A DNA stretch of 64,000 bases from an uncultured Planctomycetia bacterium. Lineage in GTDB: Bacteria; Omnitrophota; Gorgyraeia; Tantalellales; Tantalellaceae. How positions within the stretch are numbered: the stretch's first letter is position 1; each line of letters starts with the position of its first letter. This document shows, one piece after another, positions 1 to 8,460 of this stretch. Below the pieces are notes generated by a model. It worked only from the letters and a program-made list of their open reading frames with translations. It did not search any database and was not told the origin of the DNA. The stretch lies in NCBI GenBank assembly GCA_964565425.1, contig CAZMEZ010000004.1, forward strand, positions 24,907 to 88,906, written 5' to 3'. Position numbers and translations under genes: made by a program.

Positions 1-1
1 G

Positions 2-709
2 GCGGCTTCGTCCGGGAACGTGCAGACCATACACGATAACGCTCAGGCGGCCGATCCCGCGCTGAAAGAACACCTCAGTTATGACCGGTACGGGAGGTAC
101 GGCCTTATTGACCATTTCCTCGGACGCGGGACGGACATCAGGTCTTTTTCCGGGTGTTCTTACCGGGAAGCCGGCGATTTCGTGAACGCGAAATACGGGT
201 TCGAGATCAATAAAAAGAATAAAGGCGTATCCGTTAACATGAAGAGAGAAGGCAGGGTCGATTCGTCCCGCATCTATATCGAGAAAGAGATCACCCTGCC
301 CAAAAAAGGTTCTTATTTCAGCGTCGATTATCTTATCGCCAACAGGGAGAGCGGTTCCGTTGAACTCCTTTTCGCTCCGGAATTCAACGTTACTATGCCG
401 GACTGCGATTCCGACCAGTACACCCTTGTCGCGGGGGAGAAGACCGTTCTCGGCCACCTGAGTGACCTGGTCGAAGAAAAGAGGACAGGCGGGATTCGGA
501 TAAAGGACGGTAAGGGGTTCTTTTCCTGGCAGATGAGCTTCAGCGATGATTGCATCCTCTGGCATTTTCCGGTCAAGACCGTATCCCAGTCCGAAAAGGC
601 CTATGAGCTGAATTATCAAAGCTCGGCCATAGTACCCGTGTTCTGTTTCAGGCTGGGGCCGGGGGAGGAGAAGAAGATCGGTCTCCGTTTTGATCTTGAT
701 CTGGGCTAG
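2..709 (+). CDS. C-terminal fragment of a GH57-associated alpha-amylase/4-alpha-glucanotransferase-type protein (DUF1926-like); 5' end lies outside the window
   Basis: Frame 2 is open from the window edge. The tail (LKEHLSYDRYGRYGLIDHFLG...) resembles the C-terminal domain found on GH57 enzymes. It sits in a GH57/glgC cluster. Confidence 0.45.
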   Translation, partial: AASSGNVQTIHDNAQAADPALKEHLSYDRYGRYGLIDHFLGRGTDIRSFSGCSYREAGDFVNAKYGFEINKKNKGVSVNMKREGRVDSSRIYIEKEITLPKKGSYFSVDYLIANRESGSVELLFAPEFNVTMPDCDSDQYTLVAGEKTVLGHLSDLVEEKRTGGIRIKDGKGFFSWQMSFSDDCILWHFPVKTVSQSEKAYELNYQSSAIVPVFCFRLGPGEEKKIGLRFDLDLG

Positions 710-808
710 ACCGTTACGAGGTACCCTGCGGGGCCGGCTTTGTAATAGAGACTAAAAAGAAAGCCTGGGCGGGGAGGCCGATAACTGGTTTATATAAAAA
801 GATTTCAG

Positions 809-838
809 TTGACATAAGCGAATGCGCGGCGTTAAAAT
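809..838 (+). promoter_or_regulatory. candidate sigma-70 promoter (TTGACA-18 nt-TAAAAT)
   Basis: TTGACA at 809-814 and TAAAAT at 833-838, about 70 nt upstream of the DUF4912 gene. Confidence 0.3.
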
Positions 839-903
839 TCTATTTGCGGGTAAACGATAATAACCCATAAGATATACACGAGTAAAAGTTATCATAACCG
901 GGA

Positions 904-1563
904 GTGGGGATGGAAAACTCTTTTTCGCAAGCGGGTTCTTCGCCGCATGGACGGGACGCGGGGCCGGCTTCAAGCAAGACTTTTTTGGTGAAGGACGCGA
1001 CATTTTCGATACCTCAGGGATACGGCGACAGTAAGGCGGTCCTCATGGTAAGGGATCCCTGGACCATCTTCGCTTACTGGGAGATCAAAAAAGAGGCCGA
1101 AGACAGGGTAAGGGAAGAGATAAAAAGCAGGGGGCTTACGGTTTCAAAAAGTCTGCTGCGAGTTTATGACGTTACCGGTATCGACCATGACAGCTGTTCG
1201 AATATAGCGCACGACTTCGAGCTCATGGATTTCGCCGACAGCTGGTACGTTCACGGTAAACCCGCGAGGGAGTGGGTCGCCGACATCGGCATATTGTGCA
1301 CTAATGGGGAGTTTTTCCGTCTTGTCAGGACGAACGTTGTCAGGACGCCTTCCAACCGCATATCCGACATCATCGACGAAGAATGGATGTGCCCCGAAGA
1401 CCTTTATCACAAGATGTTCCAGGTCTCTAAAGGCGTAGGCAAGAGTTCGCTCGGCATAAAAGAGCTCATAGAACGTTACCTGCGTAAATGGTTGTTCTCC
1501 GGCGGCGTAAGCTCCGGGCAGTTTGGCAGCGCTAGCTTTTTTATGGGCAGGAAGAAGAAGTAG
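904..1563 (+). CDS. DUF4912 domain protein (glycogen-cluster associated)
   Basis: Motif VRDPWTIFAYWEI is typical of DUF4912. The gene lies immediately upstream of the GH57 branching enzyme. The start is GTG 904 or ATG 910. Confidence 0.55.
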   Translation: MGMENSFSQAGSSPHGRDAGPASSKTFLVKDATFSIPQGYGDSKAVLMVRDPWTIFAYWEIKKEAEDRVREEIKSRGLTVSKSLLRVYDVTGIDHDSCSNIAHDFELMDFADSWYVHGKPAREWVADIGILCTNGEFFRLVRTNVVRTPSNRISDIIDEEWMCPEDLYHKMFQVSKGVGKSSLGIKELIERYLRKWLFSGGVSSGQFGSASFFMGRKKK

Positions 1564-1565
1564 TT

Positions 1566-3149
1566 ATGGCAAAAGGCTATTTAGCGCTGGTACTGCACGC
1601 ACACCTGCCTTTCATCAGGCATCCCGAACACGAGACCTTTCTCGAGGAAAACTGGCTGTTCGAGGCCATCACCGACACTTACATCCCGCTCATCAACGCC
1701 TTCGATAGGCTGGTCAATGACGGCGTAGATTTCCGCATAACCGTATCGCTCAGCCCCACTCTGATATGCATGATGAAGGACGAGCTTCTCGTGCAGAGGT
1801 ATCTCAATCATCTGGAAAAGATGATCAAGCTGGCCGATATGGAGGTCGAGAGAACGCGAGGCGATGAAAGGCTCCACCGGTTGGCCGTCATGTACAGCCA
1901 GCGGTTCAGGGACGCAAGGCAGGTCTTTACGGAAAAATACGGGTATGATCTTGTTTCCGCGTTCAAGAAGTTCCAGGACCTCGGAAAGGTAGAAGTAATA
2001 ACGTGCTGCGCTACCCATGGATATCTCCCGTTCATGGACCTCTACAAACCCGCGATACGGGCCCAGGTCAAGACCGCCGTAGATGTTTATAAGGAAACGT
2101 TCGGTACCGTGCCGAAGGGGATATGGCTTCCCGAATGCGCGTATCATCCGGGACATGACGATATCCTGGCCGAGTTCGGCATAAGGTATTTCTTCGTCGA
2201 GACCCACGGGGTCCTCTTCGCGACCCCCAGGCCCAAATACGGCGTCCACAGCCCCTGCCTTTGCAAGTCGGGTGTAGCCGTTTTCGGAAGGGATATGGAA
2301 AGTTCCAAGGCGGTATGGAGTTCGAAAGAAGGATACCCGGGGGATTATAATTACCGCGAATATTACCGTGATATAGGGTTCGATCTTGAATATGATTACG
2401 TAAAGCCCTTCATAAACGGCTGCGGGACGCGGGTGAACGTCGGGATAAAGTATCACAGGATAACCGGCGATACCGATCACAAGGATGTTTACGACAGGGA
2501 CGCCGCTCTCAGGACGGCTGCCGACCATGCCGGCAATTTCATGTTCAACAGGGAAAAGCAGGTCGAGCATCTCGGGGGAATAATGGACAGGTTGCCCATA
2601 ATAGTTTCGCCTTATGACGCCGAGCTTTTCGGGCACTGGTGGTTCGAAGGTCCCGAATGGCTTGAATACCTTTTCAGGAAGATGCATTATGACCAGGACA
2701 CCGTCAAGACCATAACCCCGGGCGAATACCTGAAGATATACGACAGGTACCAGGTCGTAACGCCCGCGATGTCAAGCTGGGGCTACAAAGGTTACGGCGA
2801 GGTATGGCTGGACGGGTGTAACGACTGGATATACAAGCATCTTCATAAGATAGCGGAACTCATGACAGCCGCTGTCAGGGATTATAACGCGCCCACGGAA
2901 CTAGAGGACAAGGTGCTGAAACAGATGGCAAGAGAACTGCTTCTGGCGCAATCGAGTGACTGGGCGTTCATAATGAAGACGGGCACGTTCACCGAGTACG
3001 CCGTCAAGAGGACGGTGAACCACGTAGGAAGGTTCCTTGCCCTGCACGAACAGCTCAGGAACGGTAAGATAGACATGGGACTGCTTACCGATGCGGAGAG
3101 CAAGGACAGTGTTTTCAGGAACATCGATTACAGCGTGTACGCTGGGTAA
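1566..3149 (+). CDS. GH57-family 1,4-alpha-glucan branching enzyme
   Basis: The N-terminus MAKGYLALVLHAHLPFIRHPEHETFLEENWLFEAITDTYIPL matches the conserved GH57 branching-enzyme start (xLVLHAHLPyvR...). Length is 527 aa. Confidence 0.85.
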   Translation: MAKGYLALVLHAHLPFIRHPEHETFLEENWLFEAITDTYIPLINAFDRLVNDGVDFRITVSLSPTLICMMKDELLVQRYLNHLEKMIKLADMEVERTRGDERLHRLAVMYSQRFRDARQVFTEKYGYDLVSAFKKFQDLGKVEVITCCATHGYLPFMDLYKPAIRAQVKTAVDVYKETFGTVPKGIWLPECAYHPGHDDILAEFGIRYFFVETHGVLFATPRPKYGVHSPCLCKSGVAVFGRDMESSKAVWSSKEGYPGDYNYREYYRDIGFDLEYDYVKPFINGCGTRVNVGIKYHRITGDTDHKDVYDRDAALRTAADHAGNFMFNREKQVEHLGGIMDRLPIIVSPYDAELFGHWWFEGPEWLEYLFRKMHYDQDTVKTITPGEYLKIYDRYQVVTPAMSSWGYKGYGEVWLDGCNDWIYKHLHKIAELMTAAVRDYNAPTELEDKVLKQMARELLLAQSSDWAFIMKTGTFTEYAVKRTVNHVGRFLALHEQLRNGKIDMGLLTDAESKDSVFRNIDYSVYAG

Positions 3150-3176
3150 AAAAACAGATATGAAAGGAAGGGGAAA

Positions 3177-3449
3177 ATGATAAAGAAGATAGCGAAAAGA
3201 CTTGCGAACAGGTCTTCCGCCGGTTCCAGCAAGGGCACCTGCAAGAAAGCCGCCACGAGCATGACAAAATCTTCCTCCAAGGCCAAGAAATCGACCTCGA
3301 GGAGAAAGAAGGTCAGCTGGGAGGAGTGGAACACCCTGATAGCCCAGAAGGCTTACGAGATATTCGAAAAAAGGGGCTATTCTCACGGTAACGATCAGAC
3401 GGACTGGTACGAAGCCGAAAAGATGGTCAGCAAGACCTACAAAGTCTGA
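3177..3449 (+). CDS. DUF2934 domain small protein with Lys/Ser-rich N-terminus
   Basis: C-terminal AYEIFEKRGYSHGNDQTDWYEAE is the DUF2934 signature. A GGAAGGGG RBS lies upstream. Confidence 0.5.
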   Translation: MIKKIAKRLANRSSAGSSKGTCKKAATSMTKSSSKAKKSTSRRKKVSWEEWNTLIAQKAYEIFEKRGYSHGNDQTDWYEAEKMVSKTYKV

Positions 3450-3483
3450 CAAGATCCCGTAAAGTAGCTGTTTGAAGAGACTC

Positions 3484-3522
3484 GGGCAGAGGCCCCGCGG
3501 GCTTCTGCCCTGTCTGTTTTTT
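3484..3522 (+). terminator. rho-independent terminator candidate
   Basis: A 12-bp GC-rich stem (gggcagaggccc / gggcttctgccc) with a 3-nt loop, followed by the U-rich tgtctgtttttt. Confidence 0.6.
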
Positions 3523-3542
3523 AACCGGAAAGGACGCATGTT

Positions 3543-4808
3543 ATGGCAATGCCGTCCAAAGAAGTGTTGTGCGTTATCCTCGGGGGAGGAAGAGGCTCCA
3601 GACTCTACCCCCTGACGAAGGAGAGATGCAAGCCCGCGGCGCCTCTCTTCGGGAAATACCGCCTTATAGACATACCCGTAAGTAATTGCCTTAATTCCGG
3701 GTTCAACCGGATATATATTCTCACCCAATTTCTGTCTGAATCCCTGAACAAGCATGTGAACAGGACCTACAAGATGGATCCCTTTTCGAGGGGGTTCATC
3801 GAAATAATCGCCGCAGAACAGTCGATGGAGGACACGGAATGGTTCCAGGGGACCGCCGACGCCGTGAGAAGGTGTCTTAAACACTTCAACGATCCGGCCA
3901 TAAAATACATCCTGGTTCTCTCGGGGGACCAGTTGTACAAAATGGACCTGAGGGAGATGTTCTATTATCATATTCAGAAAGAAGCCGAGGTCACGGTGGC
4001 CTGCAATCCCGTTTCAGCCGATGATGTCTCCCACTTCGGGATAATGGGGATAGGAGAGAACAATCGTATAAACAGGTTCATGGAAAAGCCCAAAGATCTG
4101 GAGCCCATAAAGGACCTGGAGATCAGAAAGGACGGAAAAAACTATTATCTCGGTTCCATGGGCATATATCTTTTCAACAAGACCACGCTTGTGGAGCTTC
4201 TCGAGAAAGACAAGAAGGTCGATTTCGGAAAAGAGATAATCCCGGAAGCGATAAAGACCAAATCGACGTCCGCGTTCCTTTTTGAGGGATACTGGCGCGA
4301 CATAGGCACGATCAAGTCTTTCTACGAAGAGAACCTCTCGCTCACGAAGGCCATACCCCCGCTCGACATGTTCGACGAGAGGTGGCTTATATTCACCAGG
4401 CCGAGATACCTTTGTCCCGCGAAATTCGAGGATAGCTGCATAGAGAGGAGTATAGTGGCGGAGGGCGCCATTATACTTTCAGCGAAGATATTACATTCCA
4501 TAATAGGCTTGAGGTTCCGAGTGAACAGCAGTTCCACCATAGAGGATACCATAGCGATGGGATCTGATTATTACGAGACGGTAGAGGAGATAGACGAAAG
4601 GGCGTCCAAAGGATTGCCCCCGCTCGGAGCGGGGAAAGACTGCCTCATAAGAAAGGCCATACTGGACAAGAACGTCAGGATAGGCGATAACGTCAGGATA
4701 ATAAACACCGAGAACAGGGAAAACTACGACGGACCGAACTATTTCATAAGGGATGGTATCGTAATAATCCCCAAGGGAGAGGTTATCCCTTCGGGGACGG
4801 TGATATAG
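3543..4808 (+). CDS. glgC: glucose-1-phosphate adenylyltransferase
   Basis: ILGGGRGSRLYPLTKERCKPAAPLFGKYRLIDIPVSNCLNSG N-terminal NTase motif plus a left-handed beta-helix C-terminus. Length is 421 aa. Confidence 0.85.
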   Translation: MAMPSKEVLCVILGGGRGSRLYPLTKERCKPAAPLFGKYRLIDIPVSNCLNSGFNRIYILTQFLSESLNKHVNRTYKMDPFSRGFIEIIAAEQSMEDTEWFQGTADAVRRCLKHFNDPAIKYILVLSGDQLYKMDLREMFYYHIQKEAEVTVACNPVSADDVSHFGIMGIGENNRINRFMEKPKDLEPIKDLEIRKDGKNYYLGSMGIYLFNKTTLVELLEKDKKVDFGKEIIPEAIKTKSTSAFLFEGYWRDIGTIKSFYEENLSLTKAIPPLDMFDERWLIFTRPRYLCPAKFEDSCIERSIVAEGAIILSAKILHSIIGLRFRVNSSSTIEDTIAMGSDYYETVEEIDERASKGLPPLGAGKDCLIRKAILDKNVRIGDNVRIINTENRENYDGPNYFIRDGIVIIPKGEVIPSGTVI

Positions 4809-4830
4809 CGCGATGTTGTGTGACGCTTTT

Positions 4831-4920
4831 GTCGTCCGTCGTCCGTCGTTCGAATTTCGGTACAGTTGGCACTTATCGCAGAGTGTAACACGGCATTCGG
4901 ATCCCGAACGACGAACGACG
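4831..4920. repeat. hairpin-forming spacer element E1 with arms built from GTCGTYC / CGAACGA heptamers
   Basis: cgtcgtccgtcgttcg (4837-4852) is the reverse complement of cgaacgacgaacgacg (4905-4920) with 1 mismatch. It is related to the element at 8347-8422. Confidence 0.8.
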
Positions 4921-4936
4921 TAAATTAGAATAACTC

Positions 4937-5512
4937 ATGAAAATACTGGGAATTTGCGGAAGTCCGAGAAAGAACGGTAATACGGAGACGCTTCTGGACA
5001 AGGCTCTTGAAGGAGCGGCCGCGTCCGGCGCCGAGACCGAAAAGGTTACAATAAGCGATCTTGATATATCGCCCATACGCGACCGGGAGTATGAGGAAGT
5101 TAACAGTGAAGGGCTTTCCGTGGTGGAAGACGATCTGAATCTCCTGATCAAAAAGATCCAGGGAGCCGATGCCGTGATAATGGCTTCACCGGTGTTCTTC
5201 GGGAGTCTTTCAACGCAAGCCAAAATGATGATCGACCGTTTTCAGTGCGTCTGGCTCGCGAAGAACATCCTGAAAAAAGACATATTCCCGGCAAGAAAGA
5301 AGGGCGCCTTCATATGCGTGGAAGCGACGGACCGGGATGATTTTTTCCAGAACGCGAAGGCCATAATCCGGCATTTTTTCGCTACCGTGAACATCGAATA
5401 CGGAGAAGAACTTTTCTGCCCCGGGTGCGATAAAAAAGGGTCGGTGCTTAAGCGCGCCGAGTGTCTCGAAAAGGCTTCAGAGCTCGGGAAAACCCTGGCG
5501 CCCGCCGCGTAA
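4937..5512 (+). CDS. flavodoxin-like NADPH-dependent FMN reductase / iron-sulfur flavoprotein family
   Basis: MKILGICGSPRKNGNTETLL start and SPVFFGSLS motif. Confidence 0.7.
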   Translation: MKILGICGSPRKNGNTETLLDKALEGAAASGAETEKVTISDLDISPIRDREYEEVNSEGLSVVEDDLNLLIKKIQGADAVIMASPVFFGSLSTQAKMMIDRFQCVWLAKNILKKDIFPARKKGAFICVEATDRDDFFQNAKAIIRHFFATVNIEYGEELFCPGCDKKGSVLKRAECLEKASELGKTLAPAA

Positions 5513-5551
5513 CGACAAAAACGCTTATTTTTTAAAAACCCGAAAAGGAGC

Positions 5552-6610
5552 ATGGACCTAATAACGGGTATCATAAAAGAAGCGTATTTCCTCCTGAACA
5601 AGATGTCCCCGTACCTCTTGTTCGGTTATCTTTTTGCCGGGATACTTCACGCTTTTATAAACACGGAAACCGTCGGCCGGCATCTCGGCAGCCGTTCCTT
5701 TTTGTCCGTGATCAAAGCTTCCCTTTTCGGTATCCCGCTGCCGCTCTGTTCCTGCGGCGTATTGCCGGCAGCCGTATCCCTCAGGAAACAGGGGGCGAGC
5801 AAGGGGGCCATCCTTTCATTCCTCATATCCACGCCAACGACCGGAGTGGATTCGATATTCGCGACGTATTCACTGCTGGGCGGTTTTTTTACGGTGTACA
5901 GGGTCATTGCTTCATTTGTCGCCGGTGTCTTTTCGGGAATACTGGCCAACCTGTTCCTGGACGAGGATCCCGCCGAGGGGCGGGAGGAAGAGAAAAAATG
6001 CAAATTTTGCGGTGAATCGGCGCCGCACCATCATACCGCCGCCCACAGGATAAAAGGCATGTTCGGTTACGCTTTCGGCGAACTCCTCGAGGATTCGGGA
6101 AGCTGGATCATCATGGGCGTGTTGATAGGGGGGCTGATATCCTATTTTCTCCCGGAAGAGTTCATACATACTTATCTCGGGACGGGATGGAAGGCCATGG
6201 TCGTGATGCTCATAGTCGGCATCCCGATGTACGTGTGCGCCAGCGGATCCATACCGATCGCGGTGGCGCTCATGCTGAAAGGCATGAACCCCGGAGCGGC
6301 GTTCGTTTTTCTCCTCGCGGGCCCCGCGACTAACGCCGTGGGGATGACGGTCGTTTCAAAGCAGATGGGGAAGAGGGCCCTAGCGCTGTATCTTTCATCG
6401 ATAGTGATCTCGAGCCTGGTGCTGGGCGGCCTGCTTGACATGACCTGGAATATCTTCAATAAGGAAGGGTTGAAGCATATCATGGAACACCAGGAGTTCA
6501 TGCCGGACTGGATCGGCATAGCTTCTTCCGTTGTCCTGGCCTCGTTGATACTTTACAACATGTTCAAGGTAAGGCTGACGCGACGGAAGCGCGCGCATAT
6601 GCACAATTGA
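5552..6610 (+). CDS. DUF318-type permease (ArsP / SO_0444-like transporter)
   Basis: Polytopic membrane protein with the CSCGVLPAAVSLRKQGASKGA motif and a His/Cys-rich loop (CKFCGESAPHHHTAAH). Confidence 0.6.
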   Translation: MDLITGIIKEAYFLLNKMSPYLLFGYLFAGILHAFINTETVGRHLGSRSFLSVIKASLFGIPLPLCSCGVLPAAVSLRKQGASKGAILSFLISTPTTGVDSIFATYSLLGGFFTVYRVIASFVAGVFSGILANLFLDEDPAEGREEEKKCKFCGESAPHHHTAAHRIKGMFGYAFGELLEDSGSWIIMGVLIGGLISYFLPEEFIHTYLGTGWKAMVVMLIVGIPMYVCASGSIPIAVALMLKGMNPGAAFVFLLAGPATNAVGMTVVSKQMGKRALALYLSSIVISSLVLGGLLDMTWNIFNKEGLKHIMEHQEFMPDWIGIASSVVLASLILYNMFKVRLTRRKRAHMHN

Positions 6611-6617
6611 ATGGGGG

Positions 6618-7139
6618 ATGGCGATGAAGGCGCTTATCGTGATGGACATGCTCAATGATTTTATCGATGAGAAGGGACCGTTGTATTGCGGCGAAGAGAG
6701 CAGGGAGATGGTCCCTTTTATCGGCAAAAAGATAGAAGAATACCGGCGTTCCGGAGATAAGGTCATCTATGTGTGCGACGCGCACGCCCCGGACGATAAG
6801 GAATTCCGTATGTTCGCCGGCCACGCCGTGAAAGGGACGAAAGGGGCGCAGGTCATTGAGGCCCTGAAGCCGGGGGCATCGGATGTGGTCATCGAGAAGA
6901 CCACGGTAAAACCTTTTTACGGGACCGGGCTGGAAAGTGCCCTTGAAGAAATAAAGCCCGAAGAGGTCGGCGTAGTGGGCGTATGCACGTCGATCTGCAT
7001 CATGGAAGTGGTGAGCGAGTTGAGGGTAAGGGGATATAAGACGGTCGTGTATCGCGAAGGCGTAGCCGATTTTGACAAAAAAGCCCATGAGTTCGCTCTC
7101 GCGCGCATGGAGAAGGTGTACGGGGCGATTGTTGAGTGA
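6618..7139 (+). CDS. pncA: nicotinamidase / isochorismatase-family cysteine hydrolase
   Basis: Asp (MDMLNDF), Lys and Cys (GVCTSICI) triad context. The gene is adjacent to nicotinate phosphoribosyltransferase. Confidence 0.7.
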   Translation: MAMKALIVMDMLNDFIDEKGPLYCGEESREMVPFIGKKIEEYRRSGDKVIYVCDAHAPDDKEFRMFAGHAVKGTKGAQVIEALKPGASDVVIEKTTVKPFYGTGLESALEEIKPEEVGVVGVCTSICIMEVVSELRVRGYKTVVYREGVADFDKKAHEFALARMEKVYGAIVE

Positions 7140-7259
7140 TGGGTGATGAGTGATGGGCAAGGCGCTGGGCGCGAGGCGCTAGTGATAAGTGATATGTAAT
7201 ACGTGATACGTACTGGGGACTGGCAACTGGGGACTGGGGACTTTTCTTGTGACTTGCAA
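7134..7259. repeat. phased heptanucleotide array (18 consecutive related 7-mers)
   Basis: gagtgat gggtgat gagtgat gggcaag gcgctgg gcgcgag gcgctag tgataag tgatatg taatacg tgatacg tactggg gactggc aactggg gactggg gactttt cttgtga cttgcaa. The array starts on the pncA stop codon. Confidence 0.9.
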
Positions 7260-7272
7260 CTAAAGGAACCGC

Positions 7273-8334
7273 ATGACAAAATGGCAATACGGGAAGAGAC
7301 TGAAGCCCTCGGTCTTTGATATACCCGTCAGGAAGATAAAGAGCGGGTGGTACAGCGACAAATATTTCGTCCGGACAAAAAAGATACTGGAAAAGGATAA
7401 TAATCACGCCCGGGCACTCATGCAGGTTTTCTGCAGGAAGGATGCCGTGGTATGCGGCCTTGACGAGGCCATAGCCGTACTTAAGCTTTGCGCCGGCAGG
7501 CCGAAAGAGCTCGTCATAAAGGCGCTGTACGACGGCGACAAGGTAAAGGCCGGCGATACGGTCATGACGATAGAGGGCGACTACGGCACTTTCGCGCATC
7601 TCGAAACGGTTTACCTGGGAGTAATAGCCAGACCGACCGCGGTCGCGACCGCTGTCAGAAAAGTGGTTAAGGCGGCAAAAGGGAAAAAAGTCCTGTTCTT
7701 CCCCGCCAGGTTCGATCACTACAGGGTGCAGACGACTGACGGGTATGCCGCTTTCATATCGGGCGCCCTGGGGGTGTCCACGGACGCGCAGGGCCTCTGG
7801 TGGGGGGAAAAGGGGCTGGGGACCGTGCCTCACGGGCTCATCGCGGCTTACGGCGGCGACACGGTAAAGGCCGCGGTCGCTTTCGACAAGTATATGCCGA
7901 AGGACATACAGAGGATAGTGCTCGTGGATTTCGAGAACGATTGCGTGGGGACATCGCTGGAGGTCGCCGAAGCTCTCGGCGACAGGTTGTGGGCGGTCCG
8001 GTTCGACACGGCCGAAGACGTCCGGGACGTGTCGGTCAAAGGCAAAGGAAAAGATTCGTACGGCGTGTGTCCCGAACTGGTTTTCCGGGCCAGAAAGGCC
8101 CTTGATGAACACGGTTATAAGAAAGTGAAGATAATAATCTCCAGCGGTTTTAACGAAGAAAAGATAAAAAGGTTCATAAGACTCAAGGTTCCCTTTGACG
8201 CGGTGGGCGTGGGGTCGGCCCTCATGCGCGAAAAGATAGATTTCACCGCCGACGTGGTCAAGGTCCACGGGAAGCCGCTCGCGAAGATAGGGAGGAAGTA
8301 TAATCCGAATCCGAGATTGAAGGTAGTGAGGTGA
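7273..8334 (+). CDS. pncB: nicotinate phosphoribosyltransferase (short, archaeal-like type)
   Basis: 353 aa, with the YSDKYF start region and GVGS near the C-terminus. It is paired with pncA. Confidence 0.7.
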   Translation: MTKWQYGKRLKPSVFDIPVRKIKSGWYSDKYFVRTKKILEKDNNHARALMQVFCRKDAVVCGLDEAIAVLKLCAGRPKELVIKALYDGDKVKAGDTVMTIEGDYGTFAHLETVYLGVIARPTAVATAVRKVVKAAKGKKVLFFPARFDHYRVQTTDGYAAFISGALGVSTDAQGLWWGEKGLGTVPHGLIAAYGGDTVKAAVAFDKYMPKDIQRIVLVDFENDCVGTSLEVAEALGDRLWAVRFDTAEDVRDVSVKGKGKDSYGVCPELVFRARKALDEHGYKKVKIIISSGFNEEKIKRFIRLKVPFDAVGVGSALMREKIDFTADVVKVHGKPLAKIGRKYNPNPRLKVVR

Positions 8335-8346
8335 CGCGTGACGGTT

Positions 8347-8422
8347 CCGTCGTTCGTCGTTCGAAATTCGGACACTAATTACAAAGCGTAATGCGATATT
8401 CGAACCCCGAACGACGGACGAC
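8347..8422. repeat. hairpin-forming spacer element E2 (same family as E1)
   Basis: cgtcgttcgtcgttcg (8348-8363) pairs with cgaacgacggacgac (8408-8422). The segment gcgatattcgaaccccgaacgacg recurs at 62021-62047. Confidence 0.8.
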
Positions 8423-8460
8423 TAGCTTGAACCGTGAACGAAAAAAACACGGAGCGCAAC

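Noticed and set aside
1581-2687. Long minus-strand ORFs. Examples are 1581-2687, 2901-3971, 7000-8268, 12604-13905, 22032-23225, 24233-25261, 33404-34648, 34980-35960 and 46496-47689.
   Set aside because: Each lies fully antisense to a + strand gene with clear family motifs. Their translations are Arg/Pro/Gly/His-rich and low in complexity, with no recognisable domains. They are typical shadow ORFs.
4867-4881. A TGGCAC hexamer that looked like a sigma-54 -24 element.
   Set aside because: The downstream GC dinucleotide is 2 nt too close (tggcacttatcGCa) and no TTGC is present. It lies in the loop of the E1 hairpin element.
7488-8105. Nested + strand alternative-frame ORFs. Examples are 7488-7670, 7800-8105, 28223-28435, 34042-34329, 34862-35224 and 52734-53165.
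   Set aside because: They lie inside well-supported genes in another frame and give Arg/Gly-rich translations typical of off-frame reading. No RBS or domain signal is present.
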